Positions 51,060 to 64,000 of a DNA stretch of 64,000 bases are shown here, one piece after another (positions within the stretch are counted from its first letter, which is position 1; each line of letters opens with the position of its first letter). Position numbers and translations under genes: made by a program. The stretch spans positions 90,520,001 to 90,584,000 of the forward strand of contig CM060731.1 in NCBI GenBank assembly GCA_030704615.1, in the 5' to 3' direction. The notes beneath the pieces were generated by a model, which was not told where the DNA came from, ran no database searches, and was given only the letters and a program-made list of their open reading frames with translations. Source of the stretch: Takakia lepidozioides (Eukaryota > Plantae > Bryophyta).

Positions 51060-54000
51060 TGCAAGCTTTCTTGCAGTTATTCCAAACAAGGCCTTCTTGT
51101 TTGTCCGGGATGAAGCAAATTAGAGAAATGGAGGATCTACGAGTGAAGAGCACGACGATCTTACAGAGGCAAACAATTGCCACACCACAGGCAGTGCAGC
51201 TATTGAAGGAGTTGCGGTTGGAGGGACTGTTGCACAAAGAGTGGTCTTTGCATCATCGGGATTTGATGATCCAGTTCATCGAACTTTGAGCCGAGGACAG
51301 GAGTTACCCAGGTGAAGGGCGTAGATATACAAGTTACTACGCAGTACTTGCAACAACTTTTTGATTTACCATCTGGTAGTGAGTGTGGATGAGCACAGGG
51401 CAAGATTGCAAATAGGGGATCTTTTCCAAGAAAATAGCTTTTTCAGGAACCAGAATTCACTTGCACCAAAGCCGAGTATCCAGGGTTGAGAAAAATTGGC
51501 CAGATACTAAACATTCTGTTTGCCATGAAACAGAACCAACAATATCTTAGCAGATCTTTTACGGAAGAGGTTTTGAAAGTTTTGAAGGGAGATGATGTAG
51601 CTTGGGCAGAGATGATGCACAGTGGTCTGGTGGAGGAGATGAAATGACTGCAGACTACTGCTGCCAAGTCCCCAATTTTGTGTCTGGCCCAATTATTGCA
51701 CTGATTATCTTTGATTCTTGCCTGCTTGATGCGCAAGAACGTAAGGTAATGGGGGTGTTTGAGGCAGCCACAACTGCAGTTGAAGAGCAAGGCACTTCAC
51801 AAGGTGAAGCAGGATTAGAGAGGTAGCACCAGCCCAAGAGATAGAAGAGGGACGAAACCGTAATGGCGGCTCCACTTGCCACAAGGAACCCTCACGATGA
51901 TGTTTCCATAGCTCCTGCACCAGATGGGGTGCAGCAGCACAATGGGCTGTTATTACTGGAAGCACGGCCATTAGAGAGGGAAGAAGAAGTCACTTCGGTA
52001 CCACGGCCAGCACAGCAAGCTGACCAAGTTGCCCCAGCGGTAACTCAGACTGGACTTGCTGTTACACCGGAGCCTCTTACTGTGGAGAGAGAGGGGTTGG
52101 ACATTCCCACTACAGAGCAAGTAGTGGCAGAAATTGAGAAGGATGATCTTCTCTTTGAAAACTCGGGTATGGTCGGAGACCCTATGGTGCCAAAGATACA
52201 GAGTCTGCCCAAGAAAATCCCTGATGTGTGGGATATGCCCAAACCTGTGTTAGAGGTTGAAGGGGTAAAGGACAAGGGTACTGTAGCACCTGTGGAAGAT
52301 GACTAGGTTGCTCAGGTACAAGATCCTGTGGGATCATGGCCTGATTGGTTTGTGAAATACCAAACTGTTGAGAATCAGGAAGAATAGCAGCAGGTTTTCC
52401 ATGAAGACCCACAACACACCATGGTTATGAGTTCCATAAGCAAGACTCTCAACCTGTTAGGCACCTATTTCAAGACTCATGTCCCTTCCACTCAGTTGGC
52501 AGCATTGTGGGAGGAGCTCAAACAAGAGTTTGAGGCAAGAATTGTCAGTGAGTGTGCAAACAAGGTGGATGTGGAGGCCAACCTCAAGTTGCAGCAAGAA
52601 TTGGAGGACACTAAAGCTGTCGTACAGCTTGAGAAGGAGAACTTAATTGGGGCGGGTCTTGAGCAGGAGAAGTTACATGAAGTGCATAAGCAGCAGTTAT
52701 ACCAGATACAAATTCAGCATGAAGGCAAGTTGCACGAAGTGAAGTTGCTTCATACGGAATTGGAAGCAGTCAATCAAAAAGTGCTCATACAGTGTGCCAC
52801 ACTAACGACTAATCTAGAGATGGCTGCGATGGAGGTCAAGAAGCAAGCTGAGAGATGTATATCGGCGGAGACAGAGGCAATGGAGCAGGGGAAACTCATT
52901 GCAGACATGAAGGATACTCTCTGTCGCAATGAACATACAATTCAGTAGTTGCACCAGACCAATGCCCATAAGGACAGACAACTATTAGAGTTGCAGCAAA
53001 CAATCACAGTATGGGAGAATGCACTTTCTGTGAGTGAAAGGGCCTGGAAAGAAGCCATTAATCTGTCAGCTGCCTATGCAGCTCTGGTTGAGCCTCATGC
53101 GAAGCGCATGGAGAGTTTACAATAGCAGTTGGAAACATACAGGCTCAAGGAGGAGCAGGATCTCCGTGGTGTTATACATGACTTGGTGGATACTCATCTT
53201 TTGTAAAAGTGGTTAACACAAGGGCCAGTGGAAGGAAAAGCACCAAGGAAGCTGACCCAAGACGAGATGAATGATCTCAGGCTACAGGTGCAAAACATTG
53301 CTACAACCACTATAGACAACGCTTCAAACTCAAGTGGATGACTTGAGCTTCAACATTGAGAAAAAGGCCTTTGTTCCTGAGGAACAGCTCATGGCTACTT
53401 TGATTTTTCATTCTTCAGCAAAGGAAGTGCAGGACTTGTCAACATCAGGAGGGACTGTGGCAACAACATCACAACAGCCACACCAGGTAGACAAGTGTTG
53501 ATACCATGGCATAATAACAATCACTGTCTGAGGTTTGGGGTGATGCTTCTTTTAACCCACCTACTACTCCTCCTGCACTTGAATACAATCGGGCTATATT
53601 CTGCCCTTCAACAAAATTCCCATTGTTATAGATCTGGCTTGGAAAGAATTCGTTCCTCCAGAGTCTTTGGCACACTATTACCAGATTATGCGCATTTGGT
53701 TGCCACTGGCAACTCGGACTAAGGTTCACTGACAGACCCATTGAGGATCACCATTTTGCACGGTACTAGTCTGAGGCAGGAACCATGTTGAAGGAATTAA
53801 TTGCCTTCCAGATCGTTCATGGATTCATTTACACCAAGACCAAGGAGGTACCTAGTTTGGTCATGGGCTGTGGGCTGTATTATGCTGCTTGTTTTATTTT
53901 ACGCTACCACACTGAGCAGCAAAAGATGCAAATGAGGTTTCAGACTTATTCCAGTGGGGAGCATTGGACGTTGCCTCCAATTCCACCACACACATATCTG

Positions 54001-54200
54001 TATGATGTGAAGGTCATGCTTCAAAGGGATCCAAAACTCCGTTATTGGTTTTCTTTTGCTCTAAAGAACCTGGGCCTTGACCACATTTTTCCCAAAGGGC
54101 ATGAGGCCAGAAAGTGGCTGCACTTTTCCAAAGTCATCGGCACACCACTCAGCTATACAGATGAAGAGCTGCGGGCATATACTAATCTTGCCCGAAAGAG
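51060..54200 (+). pseudogene. Long degenerate accessory ORF downstream of integrase
   Basis: Co-oriented ORF pieces 50693-51289, 51863-52306, 52421-52948 (coiled coil) and 53785-54200. N-terminal LMIQFI..VKGVDIQVTTQYLQQLFDLP motif. Confidence 0.6.
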
Positions 54201-55575
54201 GTTGAAACTTCTTATAGTTCACACTAACTCTCAGTTTGCCATTCTTCTTGGGAACTGTCACGATGGGTGATAGCCAAGTTGTGTACTCTATCGGATATAT
54301 AAACTTAGCCTCAGCCAGCTTCTTTATCTCCTCCCCAACCTTCTATGCATAGTTGGGATTCATCCTGTATCTTGCCTGTTTGATTGGTACAGAACCTGGT
54401 TCCAACTCAATCTTGTGCTGGCATATTTCAGGGGGTATCCCCTTCAGGTCTTCATAACTCCAGGCAAGTACATCTTTGTATTTGATAAATAAGCTCTTAG
54501 CTTCCTCAAAGAATTCAGGCTCCAAGTCAGTCCCAACTTTCACCATTCTTGGTTCCTCCTCAGTTCCCACATTGACTTCTCTCACCTGCTCTTCAGCTGT
54601 GATAGTCCATCCAACCACTACTTCATCCTGCAACTCACAATGGCTGGTTCCTCTAGGATTTCTATTTCTCCCTCTCTTTCTTCATAGAAATGTGGTGGGT
54701 AACTGCTTGTTTCCCCTTCAATTGGTGTTGTTGTTACTGCACCACAACATATACCCTTGAAACAACTTAGTCCTCCCAGTTGCATGTTTGCAACTTGCTC
54801 CCACTCTGGGTGTGTAGCAAACAAAGTAGCCTCCTGCTCTTCATCAAGTCCTCCCCTCCAGTCATATTCTCTGGCTCCACAAGGTCTTCTGGTAGCAGGT
54901 AGTCTACCTGATTTCTTGGTTGAAATCTGTATCTTGTGCTTATCCTTGCGCACAAAATCTGAGTATTCTAGTCATGGAATATCTTGGCCTGTTTCAGCCA
55001 TGGTCATCCTAATAGTAAGGAATAAGTTTCCATGACATCATCCATTTTCAATACAGTCACAGTGATCTTAAAGACCAACTTCTGAATCTGTATTCTTACT
55101 CCTCTTATCAAGCCCAATGGCTGTACACTTCTTTGATCTGCCATTGTTACTGTGAATGGGGCTGGTTTTGTGTCTAAGACCACGCTTCTGCCTTAATTGG
55201 TCTGTCATGATATTCACTCCTGAGCCTCCATCTATGAGTACATCAGTCAGGTTTGTGCTTCCAATTCTCAATTGGATTACTGGCATGGAATCATCAAAGT
55301 CCATGACAATTTCTGGCCTTCTAGGTTGCACATTAAAACTTGTCACCTTATTGGTCAGGTCTGTATCTTCTGTCACATGAGCAATCTGATTGATTGCCTC
55401 ATACAGCCTATGTCTACAGTGGGGTGCCACAGCCAATAGCTGCCTAATTGTAATCTCTGCTTTGGACTGGCATATCACTTCAGCCAAAACCCCTTCATTA
55501 TCTTGTACCCGTGAAGCTTCTTGCTTCACTTCATCTTCATCTCCTTCATTTTCTTCTTCTGAGTCCATTGACTCT
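54201..55575 (-). mobile_element. Gypsy gag end, protease and RT N-terminus
   Basis: VLIDGGSGVNIM, YKDVLAWSYEDLKGIPPEICQHKIEL and WLSPIVTVPKKNGKLRVSVNYKK. Homologous to 63.1-64.0 kb. Confidence 0.9.
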
Positions 55576-55579
55576 GCTA

Positions 55580-58500
55580 TACAGAAGTATATATAGGGAG
55601 TAGTAACCCCGAGAACGGTGCAAGCCCATTGGTGACCAATAGCTAGTGAGTAAGCATGCGAGCCAAAAAGCGACCAAGGTGTGGGGAGCTATTCCGAAAT
55701 GCCTACCAAACGGAATTTCCACTAGGCTGAAAGTGGTGGAGGGTCTTTTGGAGGTGCAAGGGGGACCGTTATGCCCCGGTGAGCAGCCGAAGCTCCGAGT
55801 TGGCCCGGCGGCTAGTTTGGGAATTAGGCGCGCGCATCAAAGCGAGTAACCATGACTTGAAGGGGAGTTTACCAAAGTAAGGTGCGCGACACTTGGTATA
55901 AGAGCTTAGAGTTCAGTACGCAATCGTCCTTGAGATCGGCCTCACCATGGGGTTGGGCAAGACAAAACAAAAGCGGAACGGCCCGAAAGACAATGATCCC
56001 AGTGAGCCCGGTGGGGGCGACGTGTCACCAAAGCGGCAAATGGAAGAGGCGATTTATGCTTCTGAAAACGAGAGTGGGAGGAATCTGGGGAGTCGGAGCC
56101 CGAGGACTTCCCAAAGGCTCTGCCAAACCAACAGATGTCTCCCATGCCAACAGCCTTTTGGGAAGGGTTGTTGGTGCAGTTTGGCGGGATGCTAAAAGAC
56201 ATGATGAGGGCGGCTAATGCCACTTCCACTAAGGTGAAGTTTAAGGTGAAGCCTAAGGAACCCGACACCTTTGAGGGCATCCGAAATCGGAAGGCACTCA
56301 ACACCTGGCTCTTGGAGCTGGAGCAGTACTTCTGGGCGGCCAAGTTGAGTGACGAGGATCGGGTGGAAGTGGCTCCCACCTATTTGAGGGGCTATGCTCA
56401 TCAATGCTGGCAGAAGCATCTTTATGACCAAGGGCCAAACCCAAAAACCTTGAGCTGGAGTGGGTTCAAAGAACTGATGAAAAGACAGTTTGTGCCCCTC
56501 AACGCGTCTTGGCTCGCCCGGGACAAGATGAGGAACTTGAAACAAACGGATGACATCTGGGGATATGTTCAAACTTTTAATGTGCTATTGCTTGAAGTCG
56601 CGGATATGGCGGAACCAGGAATGGTCTTCAACTTTGTGGCGGGACTGACCCCATGGGCCAGGCGGAAGTTGGAGGAGAGGCCACCAAAGACTTTGAACGA
56701 GGCAATTGAAAGGGCTGAATGTTTCTCGGATGTCCCTAGGGGCGAAAGATAGGGCCGTACGGAGTTGAACCACAAGAAGGCCCACAGGAGGGTGACTCCT
56801 TCCAACCGGAAAAGAAGTGAGATAGGCCACGCGGCGACAATGGCACATGGAAATCAAAGGGAGGGCCTTCGCACGTCAAGGCGACACTCGGTGCTCCGAA
56901 AGGAAAATCAGGTGCGGCGGCCTATGGCGGACAGAAGACAACCTTTGATGGGGTGTGTTTTAATTGCGGGGACCCCGGACAAATGGTCAAGAAGTGCGCG
57001 AAGCCCTGACAATTGAACATGACCCGGGTGACCACAAAGCGGTCCGAAGACTCCATCAGCCACTTGTTGGAGGCGGTGGTCGCCAAGACTTGCAAGGTGG
57101 GCAACTACTATTGTGAGTTATACCAGGAGACAAGAGCTTTCCGTAAAGGAAGTCAGTTGATGTTTGTGAGTGGGGTAATTTTTGGAACTAACGTGTCGTT
57201 GTTGGTGGACACAGGAGCGTCGCACTCCTTAATGACACTGGCAACGGCACAAAAGCTGGGACTCCCGCCGAGTGAGGTGGGGGCCTCTATTGAAGTGCGT
57301 TCTGCCAAAGGAGAACCACAACTAGCGATGAGAGTGGCGTTCAATGTTCCTCTTCAGCTAGGGAGTTGGGAGGGGCGTGAGAACTTCACAATTTGTGAAA
57401 TTGATTTCCGGAGCGGTCATAGATGGCCGCAAGAGGGTAGTCACACTACTGTGTGGGAATGGTGGCAAAGTTTTATGGGTGTCAGAAACTCCCAACCGAG
57501 TGGGAGGGCGAATAACCCTGCTGACAACAAAGAAGTGGGCCGTGGAGGAGCCACACAAGCCCCAATTTTTGCTTTACGAGAGACAAGTAGAAAGAGAAGT
57601 CGATAGGGAGTTGAGCCCAGATTGGATCAAGGGGATCTTGGAGAAATACCAAGATGTGATGCCGGAGGATTTGCCGAGCGGTTTGCCACCGCGAAGAGGG
57701 GTCGACCATAAGATCGAGGTGATACCGGGAACGGAGCTGCCTGCCAAGGCACCGTACTGGTTGAGCAATAGGGAGTTGGTGGAGCTGAAGGAGAAGGTCA
57801 AGGACATCATGGCAAATGGATACATCCAGCCTGCAAGTAAGTCACCTTATGGAGCCCGGTACTATTCGCAGACAAAAAGGATGGAACGTTGCGGATGTGT
57901 GTCGATTACATGGCTCTAAACAAGGTGACTATCAAAAACCGGTACCATTTGCCAAGAATTGACGACCTCTTTGACCGGTTGGCAGGCGCGAAGTATTTCA
58001 GCTGGATCGATTTGCGCTCGGGTTACCACCAAATCCGTGTGGTAGAAGGAGATGAGGAGAAGATCGTGTGCAGGACAAGGTATGGTTCATACGAATTCTT
58101 GGTGATGCCTTTTGGGCTCACCAACACGCCAACGACCTTTAGCATGTTAAGAGTGGTTATTGTGATTATGTACATCGACGACATCTTGGTGTACTCGAAA
58201 ACAAATGAAGACCACCTGGAGCACCTCAAAATGGTGTTCTAGAAATTGTGGGAAAAGAAGTTGTATGCCAAAGCTTCAAAGTGCGAATTCGGGGTCACAA
58301 AAGTGGAGTTCCTAGGGCATGTGATTACACAGGATGGGATCAAAATGGATGACAGAAAGGTGAGGGCGATCTTGGACTGGGAACCTCTGACTTTGGTCCC
58401 GGGAGTGCGATCCTTTCTGGGACTTGCCTCCTACTACCGAAAGTATGTGAGAAATTTCGCCAATCTATCGTAGGGCCGTTGTCAGACCTTTTGTGTAAGT

Positions 58501-59248
58501 CCAAGATATGGATATGGAACACTTTTTTGTTGCCAAGCTTTTGCCGAGTTGAAGCAGCGGATGGTGGAAGCTCCAGTCTTGAAGATCCCAGAGTTCGATC
58601 GTCTATTTCAGGTTCACACGGATGCGTCGGACTTCGCAATTGGGGGTGTGCTAATGCAGGAGGGACGTCCAATGACTTATGAATGCAAGAAACTAAACAA
58701 AGTGGAGCGGCGGCCTACGCATGAAAAGGAGATGAAGGCGGTGGTGCACTGCCATGAGCTTTGGCGCCACTATGTTGGTTCCAACCCGGTGAAGGTGTTC
58801 ATGGACAATGTCACGGTGAAGTATTTTGCCACACAACCTAAGTTGTCCCCAAAACAAATTAGGTGGCAAGACACTTTGGCATTGTTTGACGTGGATATTC
58901 AATACAAGCCAAGACGGGACAATGTGGTGGCCGATGCTCTAAGTAGAAAGCAGCAGCTCATGTTGGTGTACAGAGACGGAGCTGCAAAGGAAGATCCGGA
59001 AGGCTTACAGGAAGGATGAGATGACGAGGTCTGTGATGCGGGACTTGAGGTTGGGGGTTAAGTTGCAATTCCACTTGCACAATGGACTGCTCTAGTACAA
59101 GCAAAAGCGTCTCTACGTGCCGAAGGGAGGGATTATAGATAGTCTCTTGAGAGAATGCCACGATGGCCCGCTTGCGGGCCACGGCAGAGCCAAGCGCACC
59201 GCAACACTCTTGAAGAAAGAGTATTTTTGGCCCAAACTGAGGGAGGAG
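55580..59248 (+). mobile_element. Galadriel-like chromovirus, pol-containing relative (partial 5' LTR to 55891, PBS, gag, protease, RT, RNase H, integrase start)
   Basis: LTR 3' part matches 21931-22248. PBS TGGTATAAGAGC. Motifs [37 protein letters not shown] and YFWPKL. Cut by the LTR at 59249. Degenerate. Confidence 0.92.
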
Positions 59249-60259
59249 TGTTAGAGGACTGTAGGGGACTTAGACACTTATACGGGATCTGTAGGGTACC
59301 CTTAATTTTTGCACAGACTGAGACAAACAGGAACCTTAGGGGTGACAGCAGCGCACTGTAGAGGGGGGTTACATAGCCCACACAGCCGACACAGCAGTCA
59401 CAGCCCACACAGCCAACACAGCCCGTCACAGTCGTCACAGCCCACACAGCCGTCACAGCCCATCACAGTCGTCACAGCCCACACAGCCCACACAGCCCAC
59501 ACAGCCGTCACAGCCCACACAGCCCGTCACAGTCGTCACAGCCCACACAGCCCACACAGCCAGTCACAACCCGGCACAGCCACACAGCCAGTCACAGCCC
59601 GACACAGCCAAACACAGCCAGTCACCGCTTGACACAGCTGTCACGATAATAGGGAACGAAGAGTAGGACAGGGAACGACTGTGGGGAACAACACCTGTGA
59701 AGGGAACATGTTAATTCACATACGACGGTTAGAGAGGGAAACGGTTAGAACCGCGGATAGGAGGATAAAGGGAAGAACGGGGAATGATGAGGGGATCATT
59801 ATTCGGGGAGGACTTCGGAGACAGGCGGGAGCGGAGATCGGAGAGCACGATGAAGGAGAAAAGAGGATTAGTAGATGCTTGTTATATGCAAAGCTATAGT
59901 GATATAGGAAAGAAGAATAGAGACATAATGGCTTCGGCCTGATACCTGATAAATCATAATCTGATACTTATACGATACAATCACACTGTGTAGAGAGATC
60001 TGAGTGAAGCTGTGGATTGAATGGAGGAGTTAAGGAAACCGATAAATTGATGAAGCAAACTGATACTTAATTATCAATGGTAAGGTAGCTAAGATGAATG
60101 CGGAAAAGGAAACAAATAGGAAACACCCCCATGATACACTAGCTGTAGGTCATGACTGATTGTTCTGCGCGGGCTGAGTACTTAGAGATTTCCAACTCTT
60201 CTATCTTGGAGTTTCCGCCTCGGATAGCGAAGGGATGGGTGAGTAAAAGCCGCGCGACA
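59249..60259 (+). repeat. 5' LTR of a nested non-chromovirus gypsy element, with an internal CACAGCC minisatellite (59373-59640)
   Basis: TG start interrupts the chromovirus integrase. The CA end is followed by a PBS. The 3' end is shared with 47296-47450. Confidence 0.8.
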
Positions 60260-60261
60260 TT

Positions 60262-60279
60262 TGGCGACCATACTGGGGA
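60262..60279 (+). promoter_or_regulatory. Primer binding site (probably tRNA-Arg type)
   Basis: TGGCGACCATACTGGGGA right after the LTR end; similar to TGGCGAC...CTGGGG PBSs of Tat/Ogre-type elements. tRNA identity is inferred. Confidence 0.65.
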
Positions 60280-60847
60280 CCTGGGACATGAACAACCAGA
60301 TGTGACAGGCATCTGGTGGGATCATGGTGGTTGGACCATTAAAGAGTTTGAAGTGAATCAAATTCCCTGTGGAACGAAGGAAGAAAGATTGTCCAAACAA
60401 TTCTTTCAAAGGTTCTTGGAATTGCCAGACGGATGTAAAGAAAATATTCTTAAACGAGTGCATGATGCTGATCCAGAATGGGGTCTGGAGAAAGGAGTGA
60501 TAAAGATTTATCAGGTAGCCTGTAGAGGAAGAGCACGTTGGTTACCAACATTAGTTTATGTGATAGCGTTGCTATCCATTAAACGAGTAGAGTTTGAAGG
60601 CTGGGAAGAAAGAAAGGTGAATGTTTATACTCATATGCATGAAGAGCTTGTACTGGTAAAGAATTGGATTCCAAAGGATATTTTGTGGATCAAACTCACA
60701 CCAAGAACAGCTTTTCAGACTTGTTTGCCATATGGTTATATGGTAACGGAGACTTCAAGTATAGCCAAGGGTGCATTGAAGCTTGAAAGAAATCCAGGCA
60801 TATACGAGAGATATTACAGAAGAGAGTTTTGGTTATTGCCACATTAA
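60280..60847 (+). CDS. Extra ORF upstream of gag, unknown function
   Basis: Open frame (part of ORF 60152-60847) between the PBS and the gag ATG at 60869. Confidence 0.5.
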
Positions 60848-60868
60848 AAGAAATGAAAGACATGGGAC

Positions 60869-63800
60869 ATGAGTGATGAAAGAGAAGCTAGACGACAAAG
60901 ATATTCATCAAAAAGAGAAAGCTATCTGAAAGCTAATTATCCATATCTTTGGGAGAGAGGAATAGACATAGGGGAATCATCTGGATCTCTCACACCATCA
61001 AGGTCAAAAAGTGCATCACCTATACCGGAAGAACTAGAGTTGGATGCCACTCCTTCTGTTTCTTTGCAAGAAAGATTAAGGGAATTGGTACAGAAAGAAG
61101 ATCAATCACGAGGTGAAAGATCTGAGGTACATCCTTGGATAAAAGACTTGACAGAAATCTTTGATAAGAGTTGGCATGGAACACCAAAAGCAGGAACTCC
61201 AGTTTCTGAAGCAGAAGATGAAGAAGGAGATGAGGATGTGGCAGAGCAACTTGGAGGATGAAAACAGAGAGAAGAAATTAGAAGAGGAAGAATATGAAGA
61301 AGTAGACCCAACAGCTGAGGTTGAGACTACAACCAGGACATCCCAACCCGTTGGACCTGGATCAAGTGGAGCACTTGGATCACAGGCCAACGAAGGTGTC
61401 GGCTCAGGGGGATCAGGCGGGCTGCCTGGATCTGGCTCTGGGGGGACAGGGAGTGTGGGAAGTAGTGCAACTGAAGCTGGGAATACTGTGAATATCGTGG
61501 GGCCAGAAGCAGGGAGTGCTCAAGGGCCACCACTTGGTGGAAGATCCACCACAAAAACAACAGGTCCAGAAGGACCAGCACCAGCAAGGGTGCCAGCACC
61601 TGTCAGTGGGCAGAAGGTAGGGCCACAGATGGCGTTACAACCAACACGGGCAAAACCACCCTTTCCAATATATTCAGGAAAAGGGGATCCCGATGTACAC
61701 ATTAGCCAATTTGAGCACATGTGTATAGTGAACAATGAGAATGGCGATGATGCCAAGATGAGACTGTTTCCTTGTTCACTTATCAAGAAAGCAAGTGAAT
61801 GGTATGCAAGATTCCCTGATAATCATTTCCTAACCTGGAATGGCTTGAATACAGCATTTCGAAATAGGTTCAGGACAAGTAAAACTGAGGATGAAGTGTA
61901 TGGAAGTTTACAACAGCTGAAGCAGAAGAAGCATGAAACTGTTGAAGAGTATATGGAGAAGATGGAATTGATGATGAAAAAGCTGGCTGCAGTACCAGCA
62001 CCCGGTTTACAGAAGACTTGGTTTGTGAGTGGACTAAGACCAGAGTTGCAGAAGAAAGTGGATATGTTACCCCATAATACAGTGGAGGAGGCATTTGAAA
62101 CTGCAAACAGAATTGAGCAATTGGGAATGCTCAGGAGAGAGAAAAAGGAAGATGAGGACTCTGAAGATGAGTCAGATGAAGAAGAAGAGCAAGAACTAAA
62201 AAGAAAGAGTAAGAGAAAGGAAAAGTTGAAGAGGGATAACTATGAGAAAAGATTGGAAGAAATCTTGAAGAAGTATGCCACAGAGGCTGCAATACATTGG
62301 AGGAAGGGTGTATGGTGTGCAAAGTGCCAGAATGAAGGCCATACCACTACAGAATGCCACATGAAGGAGAAACACTGTACTATCTGTAAAATGGATAACC
62401 ATTCTACTGAGAATTGTTACTACAACAGAAGGACAGCTGCAAGAGAACCTAGGCAAGTGAGGGTGCATCAGGTGCAGCCCCAGCCAAGAAGAAGCAATGA
62501 TCAGGACCACTATGGTAGGTCTGGTGGTTATAACAATGGCATGGAAGGGAGAGGTAATTCAAGAGGGAATTACCAAGGAAATTCCAGAGGCAACTATCAG
62601 GGTAATCCAAGGGGGAATTACCAGCCCGGGAATCAGGATTATAGAAATAATCCAAGACCAGACCAAGGGCGAGGACCCAATGGTGAAGAGCTATGTTACT
62701 ATTGTAATCAGCCAGGACATCGCAAGGCAGCCTGTTCATTCTGGATAAGACACCTGAATGAGATGAGAGCTCCTGTGAATGAGGGCCCAGTGGTGGCAGC
62801 TCACATGGTTAGGCCATGTGTTGTACCAGAAGTAAGTACAATGATAGTAACAAGAAGTAAAGCCAAACTAATACCTCCAGTAGAAGAGGAAGAAGATGAG
62901 ACTGGAAGTGGCAATGATATGCCTGAAGATGAAGAGACTTGGAAGGATGAGAAGGAATTGCACAAGGAAGTGGCAGATACTATAAGGGAAATGCAAAAGA
63001 GTACTGATATTCCTGTGGCAGATTCCTCTGATTCGGATGGAGAAAAAGAGGGGAGTGAGGAAGAAAGGAAAAAAGAAGATGCAGACATGCAAAGTAATGA
63101 AGAGACTTTGGCTGAAGTAATATGTCAGACCAAAGCAGAAATTACCATTGGACAGCTATTAGCTGTGGCACCTTATTGTAGGCACAGGCTGTATCAGGCA
63201 ATCAATCGAATTGCCCAAGAGACAGGAAACACAGACCTGAACAGCAAGGTGACCAGTTATAATGTGAAGCCGGAAGGGCGAGAACCAGTCATGGACTTTG
63301 ATGATTCTATGCCAGTAATCCAATTGAGAATTGGAAGCACAGAACTAACTGATGTACTGATAGATGGTGGTTATGGGGTAAATATCATGACAGACCAATT
63401 AAGGAAGAAGCTTGGTCTAAGTAACATGAAACCAGCCCCATTTACAGTAACAATGGCAGATCAAAGAAGTGTACAGCCATTGGGATTAATAAGAGGAGTT
63501 AAGATACAGATACAGAAAATGATCTTTATGATCACAGTAACTGTATTAAAAATGGATGAAGTCATGGAGGCTTACTCCTTATTATTGGGACGTCCGTGGC
63601 TGAAACAGGCAAGGGTATTCCATGACTGGAATTCTCAGTTACTAACTGTGCATAATGGGATGCACGAGATACAAATTACCACAAAGAAATCTAGTAGATT
63701 ACCTGCTACAAGAAGACCTCGAGGAGTCAGAGAGTATGACTGGAGGGGAGGACTGGATGAGGAGCAGGAAGCTACCCTATTTGCTGCACACCCAGAATGG

Positions 63801-64000
63801 GAGCAGGTTGCAGAGATGCGGCTGGAAAGCCTAAGTTGTTTGAGAGGTATCTGCTGTGGTGTAGTGACAGCAACACCAACTGAAGAAGAAACCAGCATTT
63901 ACCCATCACATTTCTATGAAGAAAGAGAAGGAGAAATAGAAATCCTAGAAGAACCAGCCACTGTGAGCTTACAGGATGAAGTGGTGACCGGTTGGACAAT
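60869..64000 (+). mobile_element. gag: gag (three CCHC knuckles) and protease; runs off the window
   Basis: KPPFPIYSGKGDPDVHISQFEHMC, CAKCQNEGHTTTEC, CTICKMDNHSTENC, CYYCNQPGHRKAAC, VLIDGGYGVNIM and LLLGRPWL. A few stops and frameshifts. Confidence 0.9.

Overview
Eukaryotic, repeat-dense plant DNA. The TE mix suggests a non-seed land plant such as a bryophyte, lycophyte or fern (inference). The only recognisable host gene is a minus-strand TPR-protein gene (13.0-15.3 kb) with one clean intron and a disrupted 5' coding region. The rest is a mosaic of mobile elements. (1) A Penelope-like (Naiad/Chlamys-type) reverse transcriptase at 20.5-26.9 kb lies between two ~2.9-kb near-identical inverted arms. 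The arms belong to a repeat family with five copies here, whose intact outer ends carry a palindrome. (2) A young non-autonomous Galadriel-like chromovirus (LTRs, TSD, PBS; gag-protease-chromodomain only) is inserted into that RT, and two relatives lie elsewhere. (3) Four fragments of an RNase H + CCHC + restriction-like-endonuclease non-LTR element (Dualen/RandI-like), two of which retain a conserved structured 3' end. (4) Several non-chromovirus Ty3/gypsy elements with accessory ORFs. (5) Two degenerate SWIM zinc-finger genes followed by short-motif arrays. Two multi-kb inversions (about 31.4-40.5 kb and 47.9-54.2 kb) can be reconstructed because each splits two sequences whose halves rejoin on re-inversion. 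All identities and boundaries were judged by eye; no alignments or database searches were run.
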